A stretch of 64,000 nt of DNA, taken from positions 1-64,000 of the forward strand of contig JAOUEV010000003.1 in NCBI GenBank assembly GCA_029858565.1, given 5' to 3'. How positions within the stretch are numbered: the first letter of the stretch is position 1; each line of letters opens with the position of its first letter. This DNA is from Nitrospirota bacterium (GTDB lineage: Bacteria > Nitrospirota > UBA9217). The notes beneath the pieces are model-generated. The model was not told the DNA's origin. It saw nothing but the letters and a program-made list of their open reading frames with translations, and ran no database searches. Below, one piece after another: positions 1 through 9,983 of the stretch. Made by a program: the position numbers and the translations under genes.

Positions 1-101
1 GCCACGGCTACGCGGTCGCGGGCACCGCCTCGCGGGGAGAGGATGCTGTGGCCCGGATCGAGGCGGCGCCGCCGCCGGACCTGATCCTGATGGACATGAA
101 G
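1..101. repeat. Exact 101-bp direct copy of 3708-3808 (receiver-domain coding DNA)
   Basis: Base-by-base identity from gccacggctacgcg to tggacatgaag; the copies diverge at 102 and 3809. Confidence 0.95.
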
Positions 102-464
102 GACGCGCAGGCGGTCCCGGGGGCCGGGTTCCTGCACGCTACGCTCGAAACGCGCGACGAACTCCTGGCGAAGAAACCGAAAAAGGCCGAGTTGATGGTG
201 CGCATCATGCGGCGCACGCTGGAATGGATGGCAAAGGCACCACCCGACGAAATCGTCTGGCGGGCGGAGGTCCGCGGCCCCGTGGAGCGCCGCTGGCTGC
301 TTCATACGCTCCGCAAGTACCCGCACAGGTACAGTCCCGACGGCAGGTTCTCGGAAAAACAGCTTGAGGAAACTGGGCTGTTCTTCCGCGAGGCCAATCC
401 CGATCAGTCGGGGTTCGTTCTGAAGGACATGATCGTAGATCTCTGGAGCGGGAGCAGAGGATAG
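102..464 (+). CDS. 3' part of a probable periplasmic substrate-binding protein (NMT1/TauA-like); true 5' end not present
   Basis: C-terminal sequence (LLAKKPKKAELMVRIMRRTLEWM...YSPDGRFS...DMIVD) resembles NMT1/TauA-type binding proteins; the N-terminus in the ORF track comes from the duplicated 101 bp. Confidence 0.5.
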   Translation, partial: DAQAVPGAGFLHATLETRDELLAKKPKKAELMVRIMRRTLEWMAKAPPDEIVWRAEVRGPVERRWLLHTLRKYPHRYSPDGRFSEKQLEETGLFFREANPDQSGFVLKDMIVDLWSGSRG

Positions 465-488
465 GCGGGACCTGCACGAAGACATGCC

Positions 489-3400
489 ATGATACAATCA
501 CTGCAAAAACAGATAACCATCAGGCTTATCACGGCTCTGGTGACCATGGCCTTGCTGGTCTCCGCAGGCATATATCTGCTCCATGAACGCACATTAGAGC
601 ATACCCGGCAAAATAGAATACGGGTGCTGACCGCATATCACAAGCACTGGATGGCAGCGTACGAGGAAAGAACCGCGCAGACAGCTTTCGCAATTCGCAC
701 CAGCATCGAGTTCTCCGGGGTGCTTGACCTGCCCTCTGGCGCGAGAGAGCGGTTTCAGGCCTACTTCCTGTCCCTGAGCAGCAGCGGTATGCAGTTCACC
801 CACGCGATCGTCGTCGATCAAACAGGCAGAACGGTCGTCCAGGCGGGACCGAAGGACGAACTGCCGGCGATCGGTGCATTCCCGGCACGCTCCGCAGACT
901 GGCATTTTGAGGCCGACCGGGGAACGCTGTACCGAGTAACAAAACAAAATCTCCGGCTCGGTAAAAGGGGAGCAGGTGCGTTGTTCCTGTTCCAGCCCCT
1001 GGGGAACAGCATGCTGGTAGAAGGGGCCCATCCGGAAAGCGTTGTTTATCTGCTCTGGGACGGGAAGGTCATCGCCTCGTCGCGGGGTCAGGAGGGGGGC
1101 GAGAACTTTGTGCGCCGTTCGGGCGAGGTGCATTCAGGACTCAACTACGAGGCGGTGGTGACAATTCCCTGGATCGGCCGCGGAACGGCCGCGGAAAAAG
1201 CCCCTGTCCTGAATGCCTGGATAAGGGTTCCCGATAACTTGCCGTTTCTTGAGGTCACGGGGATCACCCTGGTGGCGCTTGCGGCCATGATCTCGCTTCT
1301 CTACTGGCTGCTTGGTGCGTGGCTGGGGCGCATTTTGCAGCGTGTCGAAGTTCTGAGAAACCGGGCGCGTCTTTTCACCCAGGAACGATCTCCTCCTGCG
1401 CTCTCGGAGGTTCTCCCCGGTGGAGGACCAGGAGGGCTGGACGAGGTAGCAGAGCTTGATGCCGAGTTCTCTATCATGATCGAAGCGGTGCTGGTCAGGG
1501 AACGGGACCTGTGCGCTTCGGAGGAGCAGTACCGGACGATATTCGATGCCGCATCGGACGGGATCATCATTGCCGATCCACGGACGCAGCGATTCATCTC
1601 AATGAACCTTTCCATGATGCGGATGCTGGGGATCGAGTGGGATGACGTGGCGGGGCTGAGCGTCGCCGACATCCATCCTGCGGATGCCTTGTCGCGCGTT
1701 GCGGGCATTTTCGAGCAGATCGTGAAAGGCGAGATCGATCATTTCGATAACATCCCGCTGCTGCACAAGGACGGCAGGGTGGTTATCACGGAAGGATCGG
1801 CATCGTGGCTCCAGATGAAAGGCGACCGCTATCTTGCCGGGTTCTTCCGTGACGTGACGGAGCGGAAGCGTGCTGCCGAGGAGCTTGAGCAGTCTTATGC
1901 GGAGGTCGAACGGTTTCGACTGATGGTCGAATACTCCCAACAGGCGATCGGGACCGCCAACCTGGACGCCTCGATCACCTACGGCAATTCGGCGCTTCTT
2001 GGCCTGCTCGGGATCGCGTCGCTGGAGGAGTTCCGGAAGTACACCTTCAAGGACTTTTACGCGGACGACGATCTGGATTACCTGACGGAGACCATACTCC
2101 CTGCCGTGCAGTCACAGGGCAGCTGGACGGGTGAGGTCCCGCTCCGTGCGTTATCAGGCCGCAGCATTCCGACGATCCATAACCTGTATCTCATCCGGGA
2201 CGGCCAGGGAAATCCAGTCGCTTTTTCGAACATCATCACCGACATCAGTGAGTGGAAGCGCGCCGAGGAAGAGCTCTGGAGCGCGAAACAGTTCAGCGAC
2301 AGCCTGATCCGGACGGCGAATGTCCTTGTGGTGGTGTTGAACTCCCGGCGGGAAGTGCTCCAGTTGAACAAAACAGGAGAGGAGATCACGGGATACCGGC
2401 AGGAGGAGATCTTGGGCCGGTCGTGGTTCGATGTCCTGGCGCCGCGCGACCGGTTCCCCGAGGTTTGGGAAGATTTCCTGCGGCTGACGAAGATGAAGGA
2501 GTTCGCGAGCACGTTCAGCAACCCCATCGTAACGAAGAGCGGCGCTGAGCGCATCATCTCCTGGCAGAACAGCACGCTGGCAACGAATAACGGCATTGTG
2601 ACGGTGTCCTTCGGGATCGACATAACCGAGCGGAAACATGCTGAAGAACGGCACCGGAACATCCTGAAAACCGCCATTGACGGCTACTGGCTCACCGATG
2701 CAAAGGGCCGGCTGCTTGAGGTGAATGACGCCTACTGCCGGATGAGCGGCTACAGCCGCGATGAGCTGCTCACCATGGCCATTCCGGACCTCGAAGCCGG
2801 GGAAAATCCCGAAGAGACACGCGAACACATCGAAAAGATCATGTCGCAGGGCTCCGACCGGTTCGTATCCCAGCACCGACGCAAGAACGGAACGCTCATG
2901 GACATGGAGATCAGTGTGCAGTATTCCAAGGAGCAAGGCGGGATGTTCATCGCCTTCCTGCAGGATGTTACGGAGCGCAAGCGCGCGGAAGACGCGATCA
3001 GAGTGTCGCTCCGCGAAAAGGAGACGCTGCTCAAGGAAGTGCACCACCGGGTGAAGAACAATTTGCAGATCATCTCCAGCGTTCTGTACTTCCAGGCGCA
3101 AAAGATCGTGGAGCCCGCCAGCCTGGCGGTGTTCGAGGAAGCGCGGAACCGGCTGCGGTCCATGGTCCTGGTGCACGAGAAGCTGTACCGGTCCCGGGAC
3201 CTGGCCCACGTCGATATCCGGGACTACCTGCAGAGTCTCGTCGACGAGCTGCGTATCTCTCATGCCGAGAAGAGCCGGGGACTGCAGGTGCACGTGAAGG
3301 TCCCGGAGCTGTACCTGCCGATCGAGACCGCGCTGCCTGCGGGAATGATCATCAATGAGCTCGTGACGAATATCTTCAAGTACGCCTTCCCCTCCGGCAG

Positions 3401-3638
3401 CGGGGGGGATGCCTGGATCCGGATCGATCGGCAGGGCGGAACCGTTCGCATCGAAGTCGGCGACAATGGAGCCGGCATCCCGGTGGGCGTCAGCGCTGAT
3501 CAGCCCGCGACCTTCGGGCTGCAGCTGGTCGGCAATCTGGCGAAGCAGCTGAACGGCTCGGTAGCGATCGAGCGCGGGCAGGGCACGCGGGTCGTCGTTT
3601 CCTTCCCGATCTCCTCGAGCATGGGAGGCAGTGCATGA
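489..3638 (+). CDS. Membrane multi-PAS sensor histidine kinase (HisKA_2 type)
   Basis: Two TM segments, four PAS/PAC units ending DVTERK/DITERK, H-box EVHHRVKNNLQ, NELVTN and DNGAG boxes. Confidence 0.93.
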   Translation: MIQSLQKQITIRLITALVTMALLVSAGIYLLHERTLEHTRQNRIRVLTAYHKHWMAAYEERTAQTAFAIRTSIEFSGVLDLPSGARERFQAYFLSLSSSGMQFTHAIVVDQTGRTVVQAGPKDELPAIGAFPARSADWHFEADRGTLYRVTKQNLRLGKRGAGALFLFQPLGNSMLVEGAHPESVVYLLWDGKVIASSRGQEGGENFVRRSGEVHSGLNYEAVVTIPWIGRGTAAEKAPVLNAWIRVPDNLPFLEVTGITLVALAAMISLLYWLLGAWLGRILQRVEVLRNRARLFTQERSPPALSEVLPGGGPGGLDEVAELDAEFSIMIEAVLVRERDLCASEEQYRTIFDAASDGIIIADPRTQRFISMNLSMMRMLGIEWDDVAGLSVADIHPADALSRVAGIFEQIVKGEIDHFDNIPLLHKDGRVVITEGSASWLQMKGDRYLAGFFRDVTERKRAAEELEQSYAEVERFRLMVEYSQQAIGTANLDASITYGNSALLGLLGIASLEEFRKYTFKDFYADDDLDYLTETILPAVQSQGSWTGEVPLRALSGRSIPTIHNLYLIRDGQGNPVAFSNIITDISEWKRAEEELWSAKQFSDSLIRTANVLVVVLNSRREVLQLNKTGEEITGYRQEEILGRSWFDVLAPRDRFPEVWEDFLRLTKMKEFASTFSNPIVTKSGAERIISWQNSTLATNNGIVTVSFGIDITERKHAEERHRNILKTAIDGYWLTDAKGRLLEVNDAYCRMSGYSRDELLTMAIPDLEAGENPEETREHIEKIMSQGSDRFVSQHRRKNGTLMDMEISVQYSKEQGGMFIAFLQDVTERKRAEDAIRVSLREKETLLKEVHHRVKNNLQIISSVLYFQAQKIVEPASLAVFEEARNRLRSMVLVHEKLYRSRDLAHVDIRDYLQSLVDELRISHAEKSRGLQVHVKVPELYLPIETALPAGMIINELVTNIFKYAFPSGSGGDAWIRIDRQGGTVRIEVGDNGAGIPVGVSADQPATFGLQLVGNLAKQLNGSVAIERGQGTRVVVSFPISSSMGGSA

Positions 3639-6562
3639 CAAAAGAACGGATCTTCATTGTCGAGGACGAGGCCCTCATTGCCATGGAGCTGAAGGACCGG
3701 CTCGAGCGCCACGGCTACGCGGTCGCGGGCACCGCCTCGCGGGGAGAGGATGCTGTGGCCCGGATCGAGGCGGCGCCGCCGCCGGACCTGATCCTGATGG
3801 ACATGAAGCTTGCGGGCGAGCTGGACGGCGTGGAGACCGCCGGGCGGATCCGCGAGCGCCGCGACATTCCCGTCATCTTCCTGACGGCCTATGCGGACGA
3901 CCTGCTTCTGGAGCGGGCAAAGCAGATCTCTCCCTTCGGCTACCTGGTGAAGCCTTTCGACGACCGCACCCTGCATTCGACGATCGAGATGGCGCTCCAC
4001 AGGATCGGCCTGGAGCGGCAGGTCCGGGAGAGCGAACTGCGGTTCCGGTCGCTGGTGGCGACCGTGCCCGGCGCGGTGTATACGTTTCGCGTGGACCCCG
4101 CGGGCCTGCGCTCGGTGCCTTTTATCAGCGACGGCATCATCCCCATGATCGGAATGACGCCCGCGGAGATCATGGCCGATGTCGAAGCGGCCTTCCATCG
4201 GGTCCCCGCGGAAGAGCGCGCCGGCATGGAGGAATCGATCGACGCTTCCCGCCAGGCGCTTTCGCCGTGGCTGCACGAATTTCCCTTTCTCACGGCAACG
4301 GGCGAGCGAAAATGGATACGGGGCAATTCCCTGCCGCAGCGGGAGCCCGACGGGTCCACGGTCTGGAACGGCGTTTTTGTTGACATCACCGAACACAAGC
4401 TGGCCGAGGAATCGCTCATCCGCCTGAACCGGGCGCTCCGGACGCTCAGCCGATGCAACGAAAAGCTCGTGCACGCGCAACATGAAGAAGAATTGCTCCA
4501 CGACATCTGCTCGGTCATCGTGACCGAGACCGGCTACCGTATGGCCTGGGTGGGATATGCGGAGCACGATGAGGCAAAGACCGTCCGTCCCGTGCGGTGG
4601 CGCGGATTCGAGGACGACTACCTGAATACCGTGAAAATCAGCTGGGCCGACAATGAATATGGCCGCGGTCCCACGGGAACGGCCATCCGGACCGGCAGGC
4701 ACCTCGTTGTGCAAAACGTGCAGACCGATCCCCGTTTCGCTCTCTGGAAAGAGGAGGCCGCCAAACGGGGGTACGAGTCGATCATCGGGCTGCCGCTGAA
4801 GACCGGGGACACGGTCCTGGGCGCGCTGACGATCTACGACATGGAGCCCGACGCTTTCGACGATGACGAGGTAAAACTGCTGACGGAGCTTGCCGAGGAT
4901 ATCGCTTTCGGCATTGCGGCGATCCGCGAACGGGCTGCCCGCGAAAAAGCGGAAACGCAGGTCCAAAGGAACTACGACACCCAGCGCGTCATCGCCGAGC
5001 TGCTGAACTTCTCCCTGACCGAGGTGACGCTGCAGGCCGTTTTCCAGCGCGCCCTCGACCTGATCCTGTCCATTCCGTGGCTCTCTTTTGAATCGAAAGG
5101 AGGCATCTTCCGCTCCACGGGGGAGGGCGGCGAACTGCTCCTTTTGGCCGAGAAGAACATGGAAGCGTTCCGCCGGGAGCGGTGTTCCGTTGTGCCGCAG
5201 GGGAGATGTCTCTGCGGCCGCGCGGCCGCAACGAAAAAGCTCGTTTTTGCCGACCGGATCGACGAACGGCACGAGATCCGCCATCAGGGCGATACTCCTC
5301 ACGGCCACTACTGCGTTCCCATCCTCCAGGGCGGCGCCCTGCTCGGCGTCATCAATATCTACGTGCGGGAGGGGCATGTGAGAACGGCAATGGAAGAGGA
5401 GTTCCTTGCTACTGTCGCCAATGCTCTTGCCGGGATCATCCAGCGGCAGGAGGCGGAGGATGACCGGGAGCTGCTGGTCAACGATCTCCGGAAGACCGTT
5501 GCCCTGGTCTCCCACTCCCAAAAGGAGTGGCAGCAGACCTTCGACGGCATCGGGGACATGATCTCGATCCATGATACGCAGTGCACCGTGATCAGGGCGA
5601 ACAGGGCATTCGCGGCGTTCCTCGGAAAACAGCCCCAGGAGGTCGTGAACCGGAAATGCCATGAGATCATGCATGGCACCTGTCACCCGCTCACGGGCTG
5701 TCCCCATGTGCGGACCCTGGGCGACGGCAACACCCATACCGAGGAGGTTCACGATCCCAAGTCCGGCAAGACGCTCCAGGTCTCGACCTTTCCCTGGTAC
5801 GACAATGCCGGCGCTGTGGCCGGCAGCATCCACATTGCCAAGGACATAACCGGGGAGAAGGACCGGGAAATGCGCCTGATCCTCGCCGAACGACTCGCTT
5901 CGCTCGGCCAGATGGCATCGGGGATCGCCCATGAGATCAACAATCCGCTGGCGGCCATATCCGGATGCACCGAGGGGCTCCTGGGCAGGATCGGTCAGGA
6001 CCGGTACGACGCGGAATTCTTCGTTCGCTATCTGAACATCATCGGGGAAGAGGTCAGTCGGTGCAAGAACATCACCACGAACATGCTCTCCTTTGTGCGC
6101 ATGGCGAGCCCGGACCGCAAACCGCTCGACCTTCCCGGCCTCATGGACAAGACCCTCGCCATCATCGGCATCCAGGGCAGGCTGAAGAAAGTCGACGTGA
6201 TCAAAAGCTATCAGGACCCGATGCCTGCGGTGCCGGGCAGCGAGGGGGAAGTGCGCCAGTTCCTGCTGGCCATGGTCACGAACGCCGTCGATGCCATGAA
6301 GGACAAAGGCGTGCTCACCATCGGGATCATGGCGGACGGAGGCCGGGCGAAAATCTCGATCGCCGACAGCGGCGCTGGCATCCTGCCTGAGAACCTCTCC
6401 AGGATCTTCGATCCCTTTTTCACCACCAAGACCGAGTCCGGAGGCACCGGGCTCGGCCTGTCCATTGCCAAGAAGATCATTGCCAATCACAACGGCACGA
6501 TAGACGTCCTTTCCGCGCCGGAAAAAGGCACCACCTTCACGATCACCCTTCCGCTCTCCTGA
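3635..6562 (+). CDS. REC-PAS-GAF-GAF-PAS histidine kinase
   Basis: N-terminal receiver (IVEDE, LMDM, YLVKPF), PAS, two GAFs, H-box IAHEINNPL, DSGAG and GTGLGL; ATGA overlap with upstream gene. Confidence 0.93.
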   Translation: MTKERIFIVEDEALIAMELKDRLERHGYAVAGTASRGEDAVARIEAAPPPDLILMDMKLAGELDGVETAGRIRERRDIPVIFLTAYADDLLLERAKQISPFGYLVKPFDDRTLHSTIEMALHRIGLERQVRESELRFRSLVATVPGAVYTFRVDPAGLRSVPFISDGIIPMIGMTPAEIMADVEAAFHRVPAEERAGMEESIDASRQALSPWLHEFPFLTATGERKWIRGNSLPQREPDGSTVWNGVFVDITEHKLAEESLIRLNRALRTLSRCNEKLVHAQHEEELLHDICSVIVTETGYRMAWVGYAEHDEAKTVRPVRWRGFEDDYLNTVKISWADNEYGRGPTGTAIRTGRHLVVQNVQTDPRFALWKEEAAKRGYESIIGLPLKTGDTVLGALTIYDMEPDAFDDDEVKLLTELAEDIAFGIAAIRERAAREKAETQVQRNYDTQRVIAELLNFSLTEVTLQAVFQRALDLILSIPWLSFESKGGIFRSTGEGGELLLLAEKNMEAFRRERCSVVPQGRCLCGRAAATKKLVFADRIDERHEIRHQGDTPHGHYCVPILQGGALLGVINIYVREGHVRTAMEEEFLATVANALAGIIQRQEAEDDRELLVNDLRKTVALVSHSQKEWQQTFDGIGDMISIHDTQCTVIRANRAFAAFLGKQPQEVVNRKCHEIMHGTCHPLTGCPHVRTLGDGNTHTEEVHDPKSGKTLQVSTFPWYDNAGAVAGSIHIAKDITGEKDREMRLILAERLASLGQMASGIAHEINNPLAAISGCTEGLLGRIGQDRYDAEFFVRYLNIIGEEVSRCKNITTNMLSFVRMASPDRKPLDLPGLMDKTLAIIGIQGRLKKVDVIKSYQDPMPAVPGSEGEVRQFLLAMVTNAVDAMKDKGVLTIGIMADGGRAKISIADSGAGILPENLSRIFDPFFTTKTESGGTGLGLSIAKKIIANHNGTIDVLSAPEKGTTFTITLPLS

Positions 6563-6587
6563 TATCCGCGGATAAGCCTGCCATTCA

Positions 6588-6619
6588 GGCAGAATGCCCT
6601 GTGAACAGGGCATTCTGCC
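6588..6619. promoter_or_regulatory. Tandem GGCA-N3-TGCC boxes forming a 15-bp perfect inverted repeat; candidate enhancer (UAS)
   Basis: GGCAGAATGCC at 6588 and GGCATTCTGCC at 6609, 21 bp apart; same arrangement at 13979/14000. Confidence 0.65.
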
Positions 6620-6674
6620 ACGTTACCTTGACCGCAGCCGCCTTGAACTCATTGAAAACATGATAAATCGATGC

Positions 6675-6690
6675 GGGCATGGGTATTGCT
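6675..6690 (+). promoter_or_regulatory. Sigma54 -24/-12 promoter
   Basis: GGGCATGGGTATTGCT fits TGGCAC-N5-TTGCW spacing; lies upstream of the receiver gene at 6788. Confidence 0.7.
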
Positions 6691-6787
6691 ATCTTGATAC
6701 AAGAGAGAATCAGTGCGTTTTATCTCTGCATGCATCGTACAAACCACATCCCCGTCAAAAGGGTGCTGTTGCTAAAGGAGATTCTTA

Positions 6788-7180
6788 ATGCTGAACAAGG
6801 TCCTGGTAGTGGATGATTCCCCTCTGATAAGGGAAATGTGCAGGAACATGCTCAAGGGGCGGTCCCGGGAGATTCTCTCCGCGGGGAGCGGGTGCGAAGC
6901 TTTTGAGATGATGAAGCTGCATCCTGACACGGAACTGGTGCTGCTCGATATTCATATGCCTGCGGTAAGCGGTCTGGCCGTACTTGCCGCATTCAAGGAA
7001 ACGGAAGCATTTCGTCATGTTCCGGTCATTCTCCTGTCGCAGCGCGGCGACGAATCAGCTGTTTCGCGCGGCCTTGAACTGGGCGCGTCCGGCGCTGTTT
7101 CAAAGTACGAGAACCTGCGGGAACTGCCCGGCCTGGTGGGACGCACGGTTTCCGCAGCGCGTCCGGCCGGATGCTGCTGA
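6788..7180 (+). CDS. Single-domain response regulator
   Basis: VLVVDDS, LLDIHMP, conserved Lys; RBS aaggag. Confidence 0.9.
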   Translation: MLNKVLVVDDSPLIREMCRNMLKGRSREILSAGSGCEAFEMMKLHPDTELVLLDIHMPAVSGLAVLAAFKETEAFRHVPVILLSQRGDESAVSRGLELGASGAVSKYENLRELPGLVGRTVSAARPAGCC

Positions 7181-7203
7181 TGAGGCGCGGGCACGGGTAC
7201 GCT

Positions 7204-9753
7204 ATGGGCATATTGTTTCCCCTGAAAATCAAGATCATCGTGCTGATCCTCCTTCTTGCGCTCATGTCGGGAGGGTACGCATGGTATCACTATACCGACA
7301 TCGTAGAACATGATACCCGGCATTCGCGCATACTGGCACGCGAGGTGACTGCCGACGCGGCGCGAATGCTTGATGAACTTGTCGACCGCACGTTCACGCT
7401 GCTGCGGGCGGTTGCCCGGCATCCCTCGGTGATCGGCCATGACAGCATGGCAAGCCATCGCCTGTTTGTCGATCTGCTCGGCGCGGAGCCGCATCTGCTG
7501 AATGTTATTGCCGTGGATGCAAAGGGCCGCATGTTCGGCAGCGCGGTCCGTCCCCATGCAGCGCAGATGCTGAACCACGGGGATTCGCCGTGGTTCCGAC
7601 AGGCGCTCAAGGGTCCTTTTACGGGCGGTTATCACCGCTCGCGGTTGTCCGAATCAAAGACCGTTATGGTCGCCCTGCCGGTCCGCGACAAAGCAGGCAG
7701 GGTCGCGGGGGCCGTTGCCGCGCCCCTGAACCTTGACAGCGTCGGCGGCGCGCTGAAGACAAAACTCTGGCTGCCCGCAGGCGCTATTCTGCACGTCCTT
7801 GACAACCAGGGCAACATGCTCATTGATACTGAAGAAAAAGGCCCCGGCGATCACAGCATCCCGGTCAATGCCGCCTCGTCCGAAGGGACGATCGAGAATG
7901 ACAGAAACGGCGTACCGCATCTTCTGACCGCTGTTGACACAACCGCGGGCGGGTGGAAGGTCATCATGGCCATCCCGCTCACCGTGGTATATCAGGACGC
8001 CCATGCCTTTGGAAAACGGTTCATCGCGGTCTTCCTTGTCTTGACGTTCGCGTCTCTTACCGCGGGCCTGCTCTTCGCGGAACGGGTCGGAAAGCGGCTC
8101 GCGGAAGTGACGAAGGGGATGCAGCAGATGGAGCAGGGGAACCTGACCGCACGGATCCATTCCGAGGGAAACGACGAACTGCACGCCATCGCCGTACAGT
8201 TCAACGCCATGGCGGACGCCCGGAACCGCGCCGAGGAGGCGCTCAAGGAAACCATGGCCGCGGTCTCCGAGGAAAAAACCAGGACCCAGGAGATCCTCGA
8301 ATCCATCCCCGATGCGATCAGCATCCAGGATACGCAGTTCCGGGTGTTGTACCAGAACGCCGCGCACAAGCAGATCTTGGGCGACCGCACCGGGGAGTTC
8401 TGCTACCAGGCGTACGAGCGGAACGACGGGGTCTGCGACGGCTGCGGGCTCGCCATGGCATTCCGGGACGGGAAGCCCCATGTCGTCGTCCGGTCCGTGC
8501 CGATCGAGGGGCGGGGCATGGTGCATGTCGAGATCGCCACGACGCCGCTCCGGGACGGAGCGGGCAGGATCATGGCCGGCATCGAAGTGGCGCGGGACAT
8601 TACCGGGCGTATGCACATGGAGGCCGAACGCGAACGGCTCATCGGGGAACTGCAGAACCATGTCGAGCAGATATCCCGCGCCAAGAGGGAGTGGCAGGCC
8701 ACCTTTGACGCGATCACCGATCCCGTCTCGATCCACGATAGGCAGTTCCGGGTTATCCGGGCCAACCGGGCGTTCTCGCAACTGGCGGGGATCGAAGCAG
8801 CCTCGATCGTCAATCAAAAATGCTATGACATGATGCGTCTTGCCTGCGACCCCTCGAAGAACTGTCCGCACACTGCGACGCTCCAGGGAGTCGTGTCCTG
8901 CTCCCGCGAGGTGCTCGATCCCCGAACGAACCGGTTGTTCCAGATCACGACCTTTCCGTACCACGGCGAGGACGGCGATTTGCTCGGATCGGTGCATATT
9001 GCCAAGGATGTCACGGAGCAGAAGGACCAGGAGCAACGTCTTGCCATGAGCGAGCGTTTCGCCGCGCTCGGACGGATGGCTTCCGGCATCGCCCATGAGA
9101 TCAACAATCCGCTTGCGGCCATATCCGGCTGTGCCGAGGGTCTTCTGAACCGCATGGAGCGGGAAAGCATTGACCCCGAGATGTTCAAACGGTACCTCTC
9201 GATCATCCAGGAGGAGGTCTACCGGTGCAAGAGCATCACCACCAGCATGCTGTCCTTTACGCGCAAGGAGTCCTTTGAACGGAAATTACTGGACCTGCGG
9301 GATGTCGTGCGAAAAGCGACCGAACTGATCGGTTTCCAGGGAGGACTGAAAAGCGCGGAGGTCGTCCAGGAGATCTCCCCGGACCTTCCGCTCATCTACG
9401 GCAGCGAGGGCGAACTCGGGCAGGTCTTTCTCACGCTCCTGACGAACGCGCTCGATGCCATGGACGAGCGCGGGACCGTGACGATCCAGGCGGCCGCGGA
9501 CAACGGCGCCCTCCGGGTGACTGTCCGGGACACCGGTCCCGGGATCGCTCCGGAAGACCTGGGCCGGCTCTTTGAGCCGTTTTTTACGACCAAAACGGGC
9601 AAGGGGGGGAGCGGGCTGGGGCTGTCCATCGCGAATCGGATCATCGCAAATCATCAGGGCGCCCTTACGGTATCGTCAAAACCGGGCGAAGGCGCGGTGT
9701 TCACGCTCACCTTGCCGGTGCCATCAAAGATACGGGAGGAGATCTCCGGATGA
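7204..9753 (+). CDS. Cache-HAMP-PAS-PAS histidine kinase
   Basis: Two TMs around a Cache-like domain, HAMP (DELHAIAVQFNAM), two PAS, IAHEINNPL, DTGPG, GSGLGL; start codon uncertain (7171-7204). Confidence 0.92.
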   Translation: MGILFPLKIKIIVLILLLALMSGGYAWYHYTDIVEHDTRHSRILAREVTADAARMLDELVDRTFTLLRAVARHPSVIGHDSMASHRLFVDLLGAEPHLLNVIAVDAKGRMFGSAVRPHAAQMLNHGDSPWFRQALKGPFTGGYHRSRLSESKTVMVALPVRDKAGRVAGAVAAPLNLDSVGGALKTKLWLPAGAILHVLDNQGNMLIDTEEKGPGDHSIPVNAASSEGTIENDRNGVPHLLTAVDTTAGGWKVIMAIPLTVVYQDAHAFGKRFIAVFLVLTFASLTAGLLFAERVGKRLAEVTKGMQQMEQGNLTARIHSEGNDELHAIAVQFNAMADARNRAEEALKETMAAVSEEKTRTQEILESIPDAISIQDTQFRVLYQNAAHKQILGDRTGEFCYQAYERNDGVCDGCGLAMAFRDGKPHVVVRSVPIEGRGMVHVEIATTPLRDGAGRIMAGIEVARDITGRMHMEAERERLIGELQNHVEQISRAKREWQATFDAITDPVSIHDRQFRVIRANRAFSQLAGIEAASIVNQKCYDMMRLACDPSKNCPHTATLQGVVSCSREVLDPRTNRLFQITTFPYHGEDGDLLGSVHIAKDVTEQKDQEQRLAMSERFAALGRMASGIAHEINNPLAAISGCAEGLLNRMERESIDPEMFKRYLSIIQEEVYRCKSITTSMLSFTRKESFERKLLDLRDVVRKATELIGFQGGLKSAEVVQEISPDLPLIYGSEGELGQVFLTLLTNALDAMDERGTVTIQAAADNGALRVTVRDTGPGIAPEDLGRLFEPFFTTKTGKGGSGLGLSIANRIIANHQGALTVSSKPGEGAVFTLTLPVPSKIREEISG

Positions 9754-9920
9754 GGAAATTGAACTGCTGGGAACACAAGAACTGCGGCTATCCAAAGCAC
9801 TGACCTGCGTTCCCTGCCATCTCCGGGAACGAGGTCCTTGCACCCGGGCAAACACCCTGTCTTTGCACCGGGGACCGGATGCAGGGACTCTCTGTGCCCA
9901 TTCCTGCTATACTTACCTAG
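9750..9920 (+). pseudogene. Small two-CW-like Cys protein interrupted by an in-frame TGA (pseudogene or recoded)
   Basis: RBS gggagga and ATGA overlap; MRKLNCWEHKNCGYPKH-TGA(9801)-PAFP...LCTGDRMQG; next stop at 9918-9920. Confidence 0.5.
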
Positions 9921-9983
9921 AAGTAAGCTGTAAAATCCCGGACCGCGACGGCCGCGTTCCGAAACGAGTATTATCTTATCCGT

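Noticed and set aside
48-101. Receiver-like N-terminus of ORF 48-464 as a real domain fusion
   Set aside because: It derives wholly from the exact 101-bp duplicate at the window edge.
3500-6613. Long antisense ORFs (also 15274-16680, 17761-19662, 19185-21317, 45114-47831, 56513-58768)
   Set aside because: Shadow frames of well-supported genes in GC-rich DNA; no recognisable motifs.
5900-9150. Nucleotide similarity around the H-boxes of the two kinases as a repeat element
   Set aside because: Explained by paralogy; differences are mostly at third codon positions.
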